A DNA stretch of 64,000 nt from NCBI GenBank assembly GCA_038496445.1, contig JALMLS010000450.1, forward strand, positions 186,001 to 250,000, read 5' to 3'. Each line of letters opens with the position of its first letter. The stretch's first letter is position 1. The DNA is from Trichosphaerium sp. ATCC 40318 (taxonomy: Eukaryota > Protista > Tubulinea). Of this stretch, positions 39,922-53,858 are shown one piece after another. A program made the position numbers and the translations under genes. Under the pieces are notes generated by a model. It searched no databases and was not told the DNA's origin. It saw only the letters and a program-made list of their open reading frames with translations.

Positions 39922-40569
39922 TGAAAAATCTGCCAAACAAAAAAAACCCAACTCAGTCGGAAAAACTATTTTGAAAATCGAAGACTGCTAATGCTTATTG
40001 CACACGTGTACACTTGTAAAAAGAAAAGAAAAAACAACACCTCTCACCTATATGTTTAACTATGGCGTAATTCAAATAAAAATACTTCAATGCTACACTT
40101 GCAGTTACTCCTTCTTTTTACTCCTTTTTTTGGAAAACAAAAAAACCAAATAGTCACTAATATAGTACGTTATCCTACAATATTAATAAAGTATACAATT
40201 ACTTTCGGGATTTGGCGTTAGAATACTTGTTGTAATAATTACATTATTTACTGGTTGCACTTGACTTAAGCCGCATAGCTATTTACTGGAATTTTCAGGC
40301 ATTTCCCTTAAAAGGTTACCCTTTTTCAGTTGAAGATAGAAACTAGCTGGAGTAAACTGCTAGCGTATTGAAGTTTCTTATATTAGAACACAATGTATAA
40401 ACTGGTAGCTACAGACTCACAGAAGATTTTGTGCGCGCACAGACAAGTTGACTTTGGAATTTCGGTGAATGCTCTATTTGTTGATTGTGGATATCCTGTT
40501 TTATTCGTAGTACTGAATCAAGGAGGTAGAACTACTACCCAGCATATGTTAAGTTGCTTCAATAATGAG

Positions 40570-41732
40570 TTAACTTTCGGCTACTAACTTTAATCCTCTG
40601 ACAGAGAACGTTCCATCTGAAGCCAACTGAGTGCCGGAAATAGAAACAACTCGAACCTATAAAAAAAAACCATTAAATCACTTCAACGTGTATTCTACAT
40701 ACCGAAGGTATTCTCCATTCCTTCAAAGTTATAGCATTGCCGTCAATAGTAGTCAATACGCTCTACCAAGGACAAGTCAACAGACCGTTACAATACAAAA
40801 CTAATCAACTAAAACAGATTTAAAGTACTTACCAATACTATATCATCATAAATAAGTCTGCCACTTCTGAACGCAAGTGAGGATCCCATCCACAAACCAA
40901 GTTGCCCTCCAAAATCGCTTACAAGATTCACGACACTATAGACTTGGCCAGCTAAACAGTGTTAAATTGAGTTGGCCAAGCTGATTTTGACCACTTGCAT
41001 GAGTCTGGAGTATACGTGTATCCTCCTGTGTACTGCATTCCTTCGAATACTGCGCTAAAAGTACTACTCCGCAGTGATACTTGGTAAGGAAATTGATGTG
41101 GTGGAGGCGGTGGCAGAGCATCTGTCGAAGATTGTGTTGAACCATGTGCTATTGGTTCAAAGTCGTCAAAAGAGAAAGTGATCCGTTGTACAGCACTATT
41201 TTGAGAAACCTCATAGGTGATTTCTTTAGGATAACACTGAAGCCTGAGATTAGACAATGAAAATCTTAATAGTTCGTACACCAAACAGCATGTGCGATAC
41301 GCCATGAGTCGAACTAGACAAACCCCACTCTTTCTGAAGTGTCTTAGTACCCATGTTGTATTCATGAGAAACGTACCAAAATGACGTTTTTTCTACCTAT
41401 TCTAGGAGATTGAATCATTTGGTTTTGCCAAGACTCAAATACATCGTCGTTGATTAATCCTCGTTCTAATGTAAAATCGCGAGTACTATATACTAAGAAG
41501 CTGTTAGAGCAGTTTGGACGATTAATAGTAGTAACAGAAGCTGCGCCTTACATCCATCAACGAACATAGCTTCAGGGATCTCTGCAATACCAGCAGAAAA
41601 TAAATCAATGTCATTGGGATGATTATAATCTGAGCTTATAAACTGTAGCGTAAAGCGTGAAGAGCTGCCTTCTACTAACCATATTGTAATCGCAGAGTAG
41701 TACGCAAACGTAAGAAGTGTTGCTAACCTCAT
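40570..41732 (-). CDS. Secreted protein with two tandem phage tail-tube (T4 gp19/Afp1-like) domains, multi-exon
   Basis: Signal peptide MRLATLLTFAYYSAITIWLVEG. Domain 1: SRFTLQF...DFTLERGLINDDVFESWQNQ..GRKNVILTL...MLFGCYPKEITY...VQRITFSFDDFE. Pro-rich linker. Domain 2: GQVYSVVNLVSD..LGLWMG..DIVLSVL..GNAITLKEWRIPSVRVVSISGTQLASDGTFSVRGLKLVAE. An alternative last intron would end the gene at 40518. Confidence 0.65.
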
Positions 41733-42128
41733 TTCAGTATCTTCAAAAAACAATCAGCAATGTCACGTGAAATTATTGGAAGAGTATGTATATTCACTAT
41801 CTATCATTAGCTTGGTCACGTGGAATTGAATTTCCGCAAACTCCATATTTTTTCAAGTAGCACTCTTGCTTGGACTAAATCGCTTCATTGAAAACCGTTG
41901 GTTAACAAATATATTTAGTCTACTGGGACATCTCTTAAAGCACTCATGACTAATATCAATCCACGCTATCATCATTCTAACAGGCTAAAATCAGAGCTGG
42001 CTTAAAATAATCTCTATACAGCTCATCGCCTTATATGTAGATCACAACACCAATATACACTATCTCGAACGACGCACTTGTATTTCTTTTTATTTTTCTA
42101 TGTACACGTGACAAAAACCAAAAAGGTT

Positions 42129-42810
42129 TTACTGTGCACTTCCTTGCTTTTTTGTCAGCTCCTTTGCATCGTCGCTCGATATTATAGGTGGTGCAAACCA
42201 GTTATTACCATCCTTCATCTCTTCTTGAGCCCATTTATCAATCCTGGCACTAAGTCTTTGTTTAGATTGTGTAACAAAAAAAAAAAACGAGTACTTACAA
42301 TTTCGTGCCATAAGCAAGGTCGTAGTTAAACGCTGTCACTATAGATAACCCCACAAATGGTCCCCACAAGAAAGGATTTTTCTGTACAATGTGTAAAGCG
42401 CTTGCAGCACATCCAACAAGAGCTGCACTGCCTAAAATGAAAATTACTAACTGCTTAAATAACGACAACCCGAAAACGTATTAGATTACGAAATGAAGCT
42501 CATAAAAGCGTTTTTGTGGTAATAAAAGGCGTACCGCCGAACCACATTGTTCTATCTTTTGCCATTGCTTTTTGATAAGCCATTTGTTGCCTCATCATGC
42601 GTTGTTGCCCTCGCATCATGTTTCTAACCGCGAGTTAGTCAATTGTCGTTTGCTAGTCGTAAAATAGTTGGAGATAACCAATACATGGTAAAATAAGTGC
42701 TTTCTAGCATTAGTAGTGGTTACGTACATCCATTGAAGCTCCATCATCTCTTTTTGTAGACTCCGTTGGGTTTTAACCATTGACTCTGCTATTGAGTTAC
42801 CTATTCCCAT
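42129..42810 (-). CDS. Plasminogen receptor (KT)-like small membrane protein, multi-exon
   Basis: MG..IAESMVKTQRSLQKEMMELQ..RMMRQQMAYQKAMAKDRTMWF..two hydrophobic segments..NYDLAYGTK..RID matches the PLGRKT family pattern. Confidence 0.7.
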
Positions 42811-43193
42811 GTTGCTTTATACGTTGTGTTATTTGTAGTTTGATTATTGCGATGTGTAACAGTATAGAAAACTCGTTTATTTTCGGCACTTTTGTTGTGC
42901 CACCGGTGGATTTATTGTTCAAAATTGAAAAACTGTAGGACAGTATTCTCACAACTATTGTACAATAAAATTGTATTAAAACAAAAAAATACCAAACAAA
43001 GCAAGAATACGGGCAATACATTTGTCCAAAAACGAATAATTTTCATAAAAACGCAATATTATCAAAAAAAGGTGATTTTACCACGTGGATACTATTAGTA
43101 ACCAAAATATTCCACGTGGAGTATTGTGTACTAAAAACCTATTACCAACAATCTCAGGTACATGTACAACTTTATTTAATGATATATAATAAG

Positions 43194-45725
43194 CTAGAAA
43201 ACAACATCATCATTTCCGTATGTTGAACGCATTTCTTCAGTTTTAACTTCTCCACTCGTACCAGTAGTGACTACGTCACGAGCTCTTCTAGAAAAAGCCC
43301 ATCCTCTTTTATACGTATTCCTTACAGCAGCTCTAAACTGCCTGCCAGTCATCCAATAGCAGAAAAAAGTAATTCCAGGGCCTATGTAAAAAAATTGGTT
43401 TAAGTATTTTGTAGTTTTTTGTATGCTTTGATCTTTACCTGCGAACGTGTATGCTGCAATAAATGAAACAACAATGTGAATCAAATCTTTTTCACAATTT
43501 GTTTGTCCTGACAACAGACACGTAAATAATTCTTTAACTTTACTAACTCCATCTTTTCGCAGCTGTTTTTTTTTGGTTAGTTTTTCATTATTGAATTCGG
43601 AACTATTTAATGTACTTACAAATTCTACGTATATGCGCCAGAATACTAAGGCGACACAATGAAACCAATATATAGCTACAACGCCTACAATTTGTTGTAG
43701 AATATGGTCTCTACGTCTGGAATCTTTCTTTCCATATTTAGGCATCTAATAACATTTTAGGGATAATTTAATTATAGGAATTCTCAACTCAAGCACGTTC
43801 TCGTTGGATAAAAATTAAGCGTAAATATGCGTGGTAGGAACAAAATCAAAATAGCGTTTTATAGACCAGTTGGGTATTGATTGGATTTAAAAAAAACGTG
43901 CCTTCCAAAGCTTATAAAAAATATATGAAAAGCAGCAAGTTCCAATGGCTACTACGCAAGATATAGGATACCCAATAACAAATACCCTTAACATAGTATC
44001 AATACATAGTTTAACACGACTATTTGGTTACTTACCAGTCCAAGCCAATACCGTAGCGTTTTTTTGCTTCGACAGAATCGGCTTAAAAATGTAAACATAC
44101 TGTTACAATAAACTGCTCTTTAACGTACTGACGCAGAACGGAAATCCTATTATTTGCCCCAACGCACCCATTGACAGTGTTATTGTTACAAAAATACAAG
44201 GTAATACCCACGTGACTGCACATATAAACTAAACAGGTTAGTTGCACAGTTGTTAAAAGAAAAGGTTTCCTTGTGACACAAACGTACAATTTTATATGGA
44301 AGTGTAAATATGAGGGTCATATACTTAGAACCTACATATACGGCATACATAAGATTTATGGTCATAGCTAACCAAACGTATACAATTTGATGAGATGCAG
44401 CAACAATTAAAATGGCTATTTTTGAAGAAAGTTAGGTGGAGGGTAAAACAAATGACAGATCTATACCTTGAATTGTACATAGTGGGAAAAATGGCCTAGC
44501 GCCAACTCCTTTACTCGCACAAAGCTATAAGAAAATCGTCAGGAAAGTACAAAATGAGGACAACGTACCACTGATTTAGGTGCAAACATAGACAAGCTTA
44601 CTGCAAGAGCAAGAACTAAACTATCAATAGCCAAGATCACAACAAAGTGTGTTTGAAAGTGGTAATACCTTATTAAACTCTTAATAAGCGATAACTCTTA
44701 TTAATCAGTTATTTTTTGTTACCTTGAATCTTGTAATAGTACGACAAGAGAAAATATCATGAGAATAATACTCAACACTGAAATAACACCAGTGACAACA
44801 TAAATCATTAGGTATGTGAAATCTAATGATGTAATTATGTTATTTGGTTATCATTTTAAGGAATCATGGCATACCTGTCATTATAGGAGGGGGACATTGC
44901 CAGCAATTGGGTTCGACTTTAAAATGTGAGTGAGGCTTTTTTTTATCTTTTCATAGATACGTACAGTTCTCTAAGCCACGCGCGTTAGGATTGAAAACCA
45001 ACGGCTCTGGACAAGTATATTGGGGTATTGCTATGGTGAGTAATAAGAAACATGATTCTGTTGGCATAAAAATGAAAGAAAACGAAAACTCGGGTGAGGT
45101 TTCTTGTTGTTTAAAATACAATAATTGATAAACCTCAAATTTGAGCGTGCCTGCGTTGTTTGGAGAAGCAGAACAGTTTGTCGCTAGCGCGGGATTATTG
45201 CAATCTGGTAGCGCAAGTTTTAACGCGTCAAATTCCACTTTGCATGCGTCTATGACGCCTAGGCACTGGTTTTTGCAGGGTATGCGAATGCCATCAATGC
45301 CACAACCTTTTACTCAATTTAGAAGGTGCCTAACCAGGTTCGTAGCACGTACTAAGGAATATGCTTTCACAAGCGTATATAGTCGCTGCTGCTCTACACT
45401 CAGGAGACGCAAAGTTTATCAAGCCATTACGTAGCTGTTCATTTACTAGTCTTTTGTACGTTAGCCGCTTACTCTGGAAAATGAAAAAAAAAAATCCGAA
45501 TTTTGTTGATCGTCACTGTAAAGAACCGCACCCGTTAGCTACCGCGAAAGAGCTTATATTAAAAGGATAAAAAACAAACGAGTTGTTTTTCACCACGATG
45601 TCGCATAGTCGGCCAGAACCTCCCGTTGCAATGTATGGTACGCATGGATTTACGTTTGGTGGGGCTGTTTGCGCATAGCAAAACGCTAAAAACGCAAAAA
45701 AATACGTAAATAACGATAAACCCAT
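43194..45725 (-). CDS. Second Frizzled/Smoothened-like (Fsl-type) GPCR, multi-exon
   Basis: Signal peptide, PCVPY..GRLCD, CRD cysteines, YTCPEPL, CWQCPPP, multiple TM exons, ELFTCL..C before TM7; same layout as the gene at 740. Confidence 0.8.
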
Positions 45726-46011
45726 TATCAGCAGCTTTTGTATTTAACTTCTATGCACCAATTTAATACGAGTTGATCTAAAGCGAAGTGTAGTAATTTG
45801 CGTTGTTGACCAATCACTGAACAATTGCCGTAAGCGCACTATCACTGCTTAGCTATTGCCAATACTTGCACTGTGGTTGTAGGAATAATTCGTTGGGTGA
45901 CTAAATTGGTACCTCAAGTCATAAACGGCGACTTACCACTTACGTTATTTGGGACAACAGACAGGGCCTCACGCGTTCTAAACACAAGGCGCACGCAACT
46001 GATCAGCACTG

Positions 46012-49000
46012 ATGTCCCAAAACGACTCTAAACGCGCCAAGGTACGCTCTCACATACTTTAATGTATTCCCGTTACCTCGGGTACAATAAACGTTACCTT
46101 TTGAACGTAATTATTGCCTCTTGTACCTTACTGTACAATGGCTTCATTGGTACAATGTACCATACCCACTGTAGAGCGTTGCTATCACAAAAAGCACCAC
46201 AAGAACTGATCCTTTGTTTTGCACTAAACTTCCTTGCGTAGTTCCAGTCTGACTATGGAAGCTCACATAGCAAAAAGAGCGGTATTTTAAAGCGGAAAGC
46301 GAAAAAGAAATATTCTCAAGGCAAAAGCAGCAAGGTACAGTTCAAACACACTACAAACAAACCACACGTCAAAAACCAATACTAAACCTAAACTTAGGGA
46401 GACAGTTCAAGTACAAAATCGGTAAGTGCCTTCAACATGCGATGTGTCAATTAACTAGCTCAACAGAAAGGAAGTGCCAAAAAATCGCCTCGTGTCTCAA
46501 ACGCTGTCAAGGTAGACACTGCGACTTCAGGATCTCCCACTACCCCGTACGCTTACGCTACGCCACAGTTTCATTTAATACGCAACCAGACGACCAAAAC
46601 ATACCTCACTCAGAGGCAAACCGCCTGCGACTGGTGGTGAGGTATCTAAATGGTTAAAGTACTATAAAGATGGTGTAGTGATTGCAGATGGTCAGCTACG
46701 GGTACGAGCGTCAGAATTGGGGTCGCAAAGCGATTTATCTTACTTGTAACACTAGGGTGGTCGTCTTCAAAATATTGTAGAGTACCTCACATCGTCTAAA
46801 TCAAAAGTACATTTGCACAAAGAAGTTTTGACAAGTTTTCGGACTTTCACAACACCACGGGAGTTATTGGATTTGTTAATAGCTCGTATGGATATTAATA
46901 ACCCATCTAAAGTGAATGAACTATTTTTGACGCGTGTGCGGTACGTATAAAAATTGTTATTACGTCAGAGATTTTTTTATTATTTTTATTTATTTTTTTC
47001 TCTTGTACTCATTCTAATATCCTTTCTGTTCAGCTCTTTGAACTTTATTAAACAGTGGGTTGCTAAGTATAGAATCGATTGGCGGAATGATGAGATATTA
47101 AGAGAAAGTCTTCGTAAATTCTTACAAGGCGAAAGAGTTATGTCTATGTTTGAAACACAATGTAAAGGGGCACTTTTAAAACTAGATCTAGTGATGGAAC
47201 AGGTATGTATACATTTAAATCTACGCCAACTATGTCAATAAAACACGTACTAAGTATGTATTTAGGCTACAAGACCTACCGTCAGTCATAATCAAAGGCC
47301 TCCGCCGTCTAGGGTATTACCGAATCTTGGTGCTAATCCTAGTACGCTCAGAATGAGTTTTGATGCCTTTTTGTACTTACAACTTTTAGCTATCGATGAT
47401 TTTCACCCAGAAGAGCTTGCACGTCAAATTACACTCATGGACTGGGACTTGTATGTCAAAGTAAAGTCTTGGGAGTGTTTAGGTTGGAATCAAAGTCATG
47501 TAGACAAGAAAAAGGTTTCTCCAAATGTTAGTCGTGTGATAGACCACTTTAATAGGGTTAGTCAGAGTTTTATTTTAACTTTTCGCTTACAATTTTATTT
47601 TCAGATATCAGGGTGGACTATCTGTGTAATTTTAGATGAACCTGACTTTAAACAACGCGTTAAGGTCATAAGCAAACTTATTAAGATGGCTGCTGTACGT
47701 TATATTTTTTCCTTTATTATTTTTCTTGTTGTTGTGCTGGTTAGGCGGTTTATGCGCAAAAAACAATTGTAAGCTTGATTTATTGCGTTGGCTAACTTTA
47801 GTTTTTTTACCCTTAGAAACTGCATTCTCTTAATAACTTTAACTCCTTGATGGCTGTTGTTGCTGGATTAAGTTTTTCAGCAGTTAATCGTTTAAAACAC
47901 AGCTGGTCTCAAGTCACAAAACAATTGGTACGTAGTTGTTTTGACACTTAAACCTGCAGTACAATTGACATTTTGTATGCATAGACTGCTAAATTTGAAG
48001 AGTTGAAGCTACAAGCAAAACGAGATGCACTACGCGAAAGCATAAAGAACGCAAATCCTCCTTGTATACCATATCTTGGTCTCTATTTAACGTTGCTGAG
48101 ACATATTGAAGAAGGTAATAACGCACAAAAATGAGATATTAGAATTAACGTTCTTTTACAGGAAACTCGGATTATTTAGTTGGATTACCTGATAGGAAGG
48201 TTATTAACTTTAATAAGCGTAGAATGATGACGCGTACGGTTTTTTTTTTGGGTATCTTTCAATTTATTTTCTTTTAGAAGTTTTGGGGAGCTTCATGCCA
48301 TTCCAACAAACTCCATATAATTTAGAACAAGTACGTAGTGGTTGCAAGAAGAAATTCTATTTTTCTCGACTTGGGTGATTTTCTATGCGTGCTGACAATG
48401 GTATAAAAGGTCTTGTATATTCAAAATCATATAAGCGATTATCCACTTAAAACAGATGATGAGAAACACAAAATATCTGTAGTGTTGGAGCCAAGAAACA
48501 CTACAATCCGTGATATAATATCAGAATCTAAGGAGCAACGTAGCAGAGCAAAAACTGGATTTACTACTCCAGACTCAGTCTCAGGTAAGAAGGAAATTTT
48601 ATTTCGCCAAAAAAAAAAGTCGAATGCGTGACTTAGTATTTGGTATAACTTAACGATTGCTAGAAATTGACTCAATAGCGAAAAATGTTTCTGGATCATC
48701 AGAAGAAACTTATGATGGCTTATCATCGAGCACAGGTGTTGTAGGATCAGTCCAAAAGGATAGATCTGAGCTTCGAAAATCAAGAAGTTTTCAAAGCTTT
48801 AAAGTGTTTCCAGCTCCTGGAGGTTCCACAGAGTTGGCCGAGGTCACTAAGATTAAGCGTGCAAATACGATAAATCGAAGAAAATTTTATGATAGGCCAC
48901 GTGGAGGTAGTACTTGGGGTGGCTTGGGATCTTCAAGTACGTGTCTTTTTTGCAATTTCGTAAAGATCATGTGCACAACCCTCACTCTGTTAATATTAAA

Positions 49001-52000
49001 TTTTAGTAGGCGAGGATAAAACACTAAATTCTGGATCAATTATTCGCAGGGCACTAACTGTTAATTGTGACAAAAAGGATCTGGCAGCTAAGTACCCGTC
49101 TGTACGTGTTTTTTTTTTGAAAGTTTGACATGTCAAACCAAATCTCACTTACATTTTAGGAGAACCCTGATCAACTGGCCTGCAGAGCTCTTGTTATGGA
49201 GCTTTGTGTTACAGAACGTACTTACATCAAAATGTTATCAGCTTTGGTGCGATATGCGTACAAACCTCTTCGGTACGACTTGATCATGTTCCATGATATT
49301 CATTAATATTATTTTTTAGCATGAGATCAAAACTGGTTACAGTAGAACAGCTCGAAGTACTGTTCCCTAATTTGGAAGAGATATTGGCTTTTCATAAACG
49401 TCAGCTTCCTGCATTAGAGGAGTGCGTTAAGCATTGGTCACCTACTACTAGTAGTATTGCAACAATCTACCTTGCCTGGGTATGTTTTTTTAAGACACTT
49501 TTATTTTTCTCTGAAAATACAAGTAACATGCTAATGATTACGTATAGCAACCATATTTCATGTTGTATGCAGATATTATCAATAACCAATCTCGAGCAAG
49601 TACGTTGCTCCGACATATCCTACAAAATGGTGCTTGTGCTCAAATTCAAGAGGTATAACAATTTTTTTTATGAAATACTTGCTTTAACTCACGTTTTTTA
49701 AAGCAATTGACCCATAATGCATCAATCAAGGGTCTCAACTTCAAATCTCTACTTTGCTTACCTCCTCGCCGTCTTATTCGTTACACTGAAATTTTGGCTG
49801 CTTTAAAGAAACACACACCGGATGATCACCAGGACGCTAAGAAATTGGTACTTTAAAATAATTTTATTGTAGGTTGTTTGTAACTTTGTTTTTTATTAGA
49901 CTGAAGCAATTCGAGCAATGAAAGATGTATCTATTCATATCAAAAATAGTAGAGCAGAGCGTAAGCTTGTAAACAGAGCAAATGAAATAGAAAAGAGACT
50001 CATGGAGGTAAAGGAAGGAGAATTATTTACAAAAGAAAGGCGTCTTGTTGACGAACTTGATGTTTACCTCATAATAAGTTCACAAGGTATGCTACTTGTC
50101 GTACCTGTTGTGCTTTATAGAAGGTGTTAACCTTGCTTTATTAGATTCTCTTCACCACAGTGCAATATTCTTAACTGATGCGCTACTTCTCTTTCAATCA
50201 AATGGGAACAGTAGTGCACATTACTCTGTTGTTGCTTATATGCCGATTTGTGATGTTGAAGTTCTTATTCTGCAAAGAGAACAAGGCATACCTATTAGTA
50301 GAGCTGATACAGGAGAGCCTATGGATAGTAACCATTTCCTTGAATTACGTTATAAAGACAGAAGTTATGTTCTAGCTATGACGAATGATGCCGACTTGAA
50401 AAGATTCATGACAATTTGTGCAAGATTACGACATTCGCTACAAACAAAGTTCTGGGATGCTATTATACCTAAAGGAGCTAAAGTTAAGCCTGCAGCCCAA
50501 CATACTTGTGCTCGTGTTGGCGAAGAATTCCTTGTCTTTGGAGGCCATATGGAGGGCACATACGATAACTTCTTGCATAGCTACAAAGATGGTACTTGCA
50601 TGTTTTTTTTTCAAACAAAATTCTTTCTGTGTCTGTTTGTTGCTTTTATCGAAATTGATTGATTTTCATTTCGCTGTGGATCTGGTTATGGCGATATCTT
50701 CTGATATTTTTTTTAGGTAAAATGACGTATATTGAGACTACAGGGATAACACCTCCTCCTGTTGCTGAACATTCTATTGCTGTTTTAAAGGATCAAGTTA
50801 TTATTTTTGGTGGAGTCTGTGCTACAGATGTGAGTGGTTTTACTGATTCTGTTTACATATTACATACTTCCAACAACTCATGGATGGTCCCTTGGATAAA
50901 GGTACGGCTCATAAAGACAAGTTCTTTTTGTTTAAGGTGGTTACCTTTTTTTTTTTCTTTCTTTTTTACAAAACTTTATTTTGTTCACAAGTTGTCTTAG
51001 GGAAGCCGGTATAATAAACCAGTTGGTAGAGCTGGACATTGTAGTGTTGTTGTAGAATCCACTGAAGAATTAATTATGTTCGGTGGGTATAATGGCGTGA
51101 GGCTGTTTAATGATATTTTTACACTTAACATACCTAAAATGCGTTGGCTACGAGTTGAAGTCAGAACAACCTCCCCAAAGCCTCGTTATGGTCACTGTGC
51201 TGTAAATTTGGACGATAAGGTATACGTTTTTGGTGGAAAGCTTGAAACTGGTGCCTGTGCGAATGATTTATGGCTTTATGATCCAGGTACGTTTCTTTCT
51301 TTTTTTGTTGAATACCCAAACCTAAATTTTGAACTAGTTCAAGTTACTTGGACTGAATTAAAGCCTGATGGATTTGTTCCTGCTGCCAGATATTATATGG
51401 CTGCTACAGCTCTTAGTAAGACTACATTTGCAATGTATGGTGGTCGTGGTAATGACGTTTATTCTGACTTGTACATCTATGATGCTGGTGCGTTTCAAGT
51501 TCTTTTGTTTAGTTTCTTTTTGCGCTTTCTTTGTGCTAATTTTTTTTATCCAATAGTTACCAACACATGGCTAAGGTGTGATCTTCAAGTACCTCTGCAG
51601 CCAAAGTTTGGCCATACCTTAAGTGCGAGCCATGAAACACCAGCAAAGAAACTATACATAACAGGTGGTATGACAATCGATGCTATTACTGGTGAGCCTA
51701 TTATGACCAATGATGTTGTTGAACTTAATAACCTTGGTACGTTATTTGAACCACCACAAAGCATAGGTCGTAGAGTTAACACTTACCTTGTTTATAGCGC
51801 AAATCAAGACATTTGGAGAAGAAAAGCTTGCGGTGAAAATGAACGCTGTTATCTCCGGGGAGGCTGAGCCTGTTGTACCTACCAGTTTGTACGTTTTTTT
51901 CTGATGTATTTATGCGACCTGATGCCGCTTTTTTTATTCACCGTAATGGTGTCTTATTGTTCTTTATAGTGTAAGTAAGCTATGTGGTGATGCACCTGCT

Positions 52001-53858
52001 GATTGGCAGCTGAGACATTTCAGATTTCCTTCTGCTTTATCTCGACCTTGTTCTAGTATTTTTGTACTACCTATTGTACAAGAAGACTTGCAAGTGGATG
52101 ATCCAGGAGCATTTGAAATACATAAAAAAATAGGTAGCGGTAAATTTGGGACTATCTATGCTGCAAGGTACAACTATAGAACAACACCCAAACACCTTGG
52201 AAGCGCCTGAAGGCTAAACCTTTTTTTAAATCTTTGAAGTTACTCATTTTTTTTTCTTATAGATTACGTGATACTGGGTTTCCTATTGCGATTAGAGTCG
52301 TAGAAGTAAGCGCAGCAAAATCAAAGGCATTAGTAGAAGAATTCACATACCTAAATGAGTTTAAACACCGTAATGTGTTACAGTATTATGGTTCTAGAGT
52401 TCAAGTCACTGAAGGTTTTGGTAGTTGTTGGGTAAGCCGTCTTCGAGAGATGAAGTTGATTTATTTTATTGTTTATTTAATTGCTAACACAGTTTGTTTC
52501 TATTAGATTGCCACAGAGTACTGTGAGCTTGGTTCTATAAGAGATATAATGGAGAATCTTAGTATTAATATGAGTGAATCTCAAGTGTGTAGTGTAGTAG
52601 CACAAGTCCTTGAAGGACTTTCTTATCTGCACTCTCAAAAGGTTGTCCATTCTAATATTAAAGCCGCCAATTTTATGTTGACTTCTGACTGTACAGTCAA
52701 GCTAGGTACGTTAACTTCTTTTGTGGTGATTTTTTTTCTGCGTTTTTGCCTTTATTTAACTCTACTGCACTAGCTGACTATGGTATTATCCAAAACTTGG
52801 CTTTGGTTAACGGTGTAAGCCCAACAAGCTGTTCATACTATTGGCTTGCACCTGAAGTTCCTGAAAACCAAGAAAAGACTACAATGTCTGATATTTGGGC
52901 ACTCGTACGTTTTTTTTGAAATGACTTATTTTCAAAGCTTACAAGTGTTTAGGGTATTTCTATGATGGAGATGCTTGAAAATACACCTCCTTATCTTGCC
53001 CTTTCAAGAGAAAAGAAGTACTCAGACACGCTCCTGCACTTGTTACACAAGTGTCTAAGTAGTATACCAGAACAAAGACCAGCTGCTACAGAACTCCTAC
53101 AAGTACGTCATTATCAATAAACAGCCGAGTTATGGTTGTCTTTCTTTTCAGACCTTTGTCAGTTTTATCTCTTCTGTTTTTTTTTATGTTACTTTTGCAT
53201 TAGTACTATTGTGTTTGTTACTTATTTCTTTTTTCCCTCTCGTAGATGCCATTCATACAAGATAGACCACCTGAGTTATTTTGTTTCTATGAGTTACTGA
53301 AGGCATTATATCCCAAAGAAGAAGAGGAAGAAGATAATTCAAATACAGCTATTCCAGTATGCTTTTTTTTTTTTTGCAATTCACTTCTTATACTCCCCTT
53401 AGGATTCTCCTGCTCAAGCCGAAATGAGTTCGCCAACAAGTGATAGCACAACATCAAGAGGACAAGAATCCCGAACTCAGAGTATTTCAGACTCACCAGA
53501 ACCAACAAGGAAACCTCCTCCGCTTTGCCTCCTTGATGGTAACGCTACTCCTATAGCATCTGCCCCCAATAGTAGCAGGTCTTTAGAATCTGCTTCAAAG
53601 AACCAATTAATACTTGAAGCTGTCGGTGAAGCCAACTTTAAGACGCATGTTGCTCCTTTGTTATCTGAAAATTCAAGAATGAAACAAGAATTAAGGTACA
53701 GTCTTTTAGTTTAGGTGGTTCTATTGTAAAACTAATGTTTGGATTTTTGTAGGTTCTTACAGCGTGAGCTTGCTCATTATAAAGCGCTCCAAAGAGACTT
53801 TGTTTCGCTTCAGAAAGAGATGGCTCAAATGAGCTTGAAACTATCAAATAAGGATTAA
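46012..53858 (+). CDS. Multidomain signalling protein: RasGEF (REM+CDC25) + RhoGEF (DH-PH) + Kelch repeats + STE20-like pseudokinase + coiled coil
   Basis: [11 protein letters not shown]; [44 protein letters not shown]; [26 protein letters not shown]; Kelch PRYGH..YVFGG..NDLW; kinase [35 protein letters not shown]. Confidence 0.85.

Noticed and set aside
40870-40945. YSVVNLVSDFGGQLGLWMGSS closely resembles the DEG/ENaC TM2 signature
   Set aside because: No following hydrophobic helix, no TM1 or Cys-rich ectodomain, and the protein is too short; flanking exons fit a tail-tube fold. Treated as coincidental, though a profile search should confirm.
41580-41630. YNHPNDIDLFSAGIAE resembles an animal heme-peroxidase motif
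   Set aside because: Isolated short match with no other peroxidase motifs.
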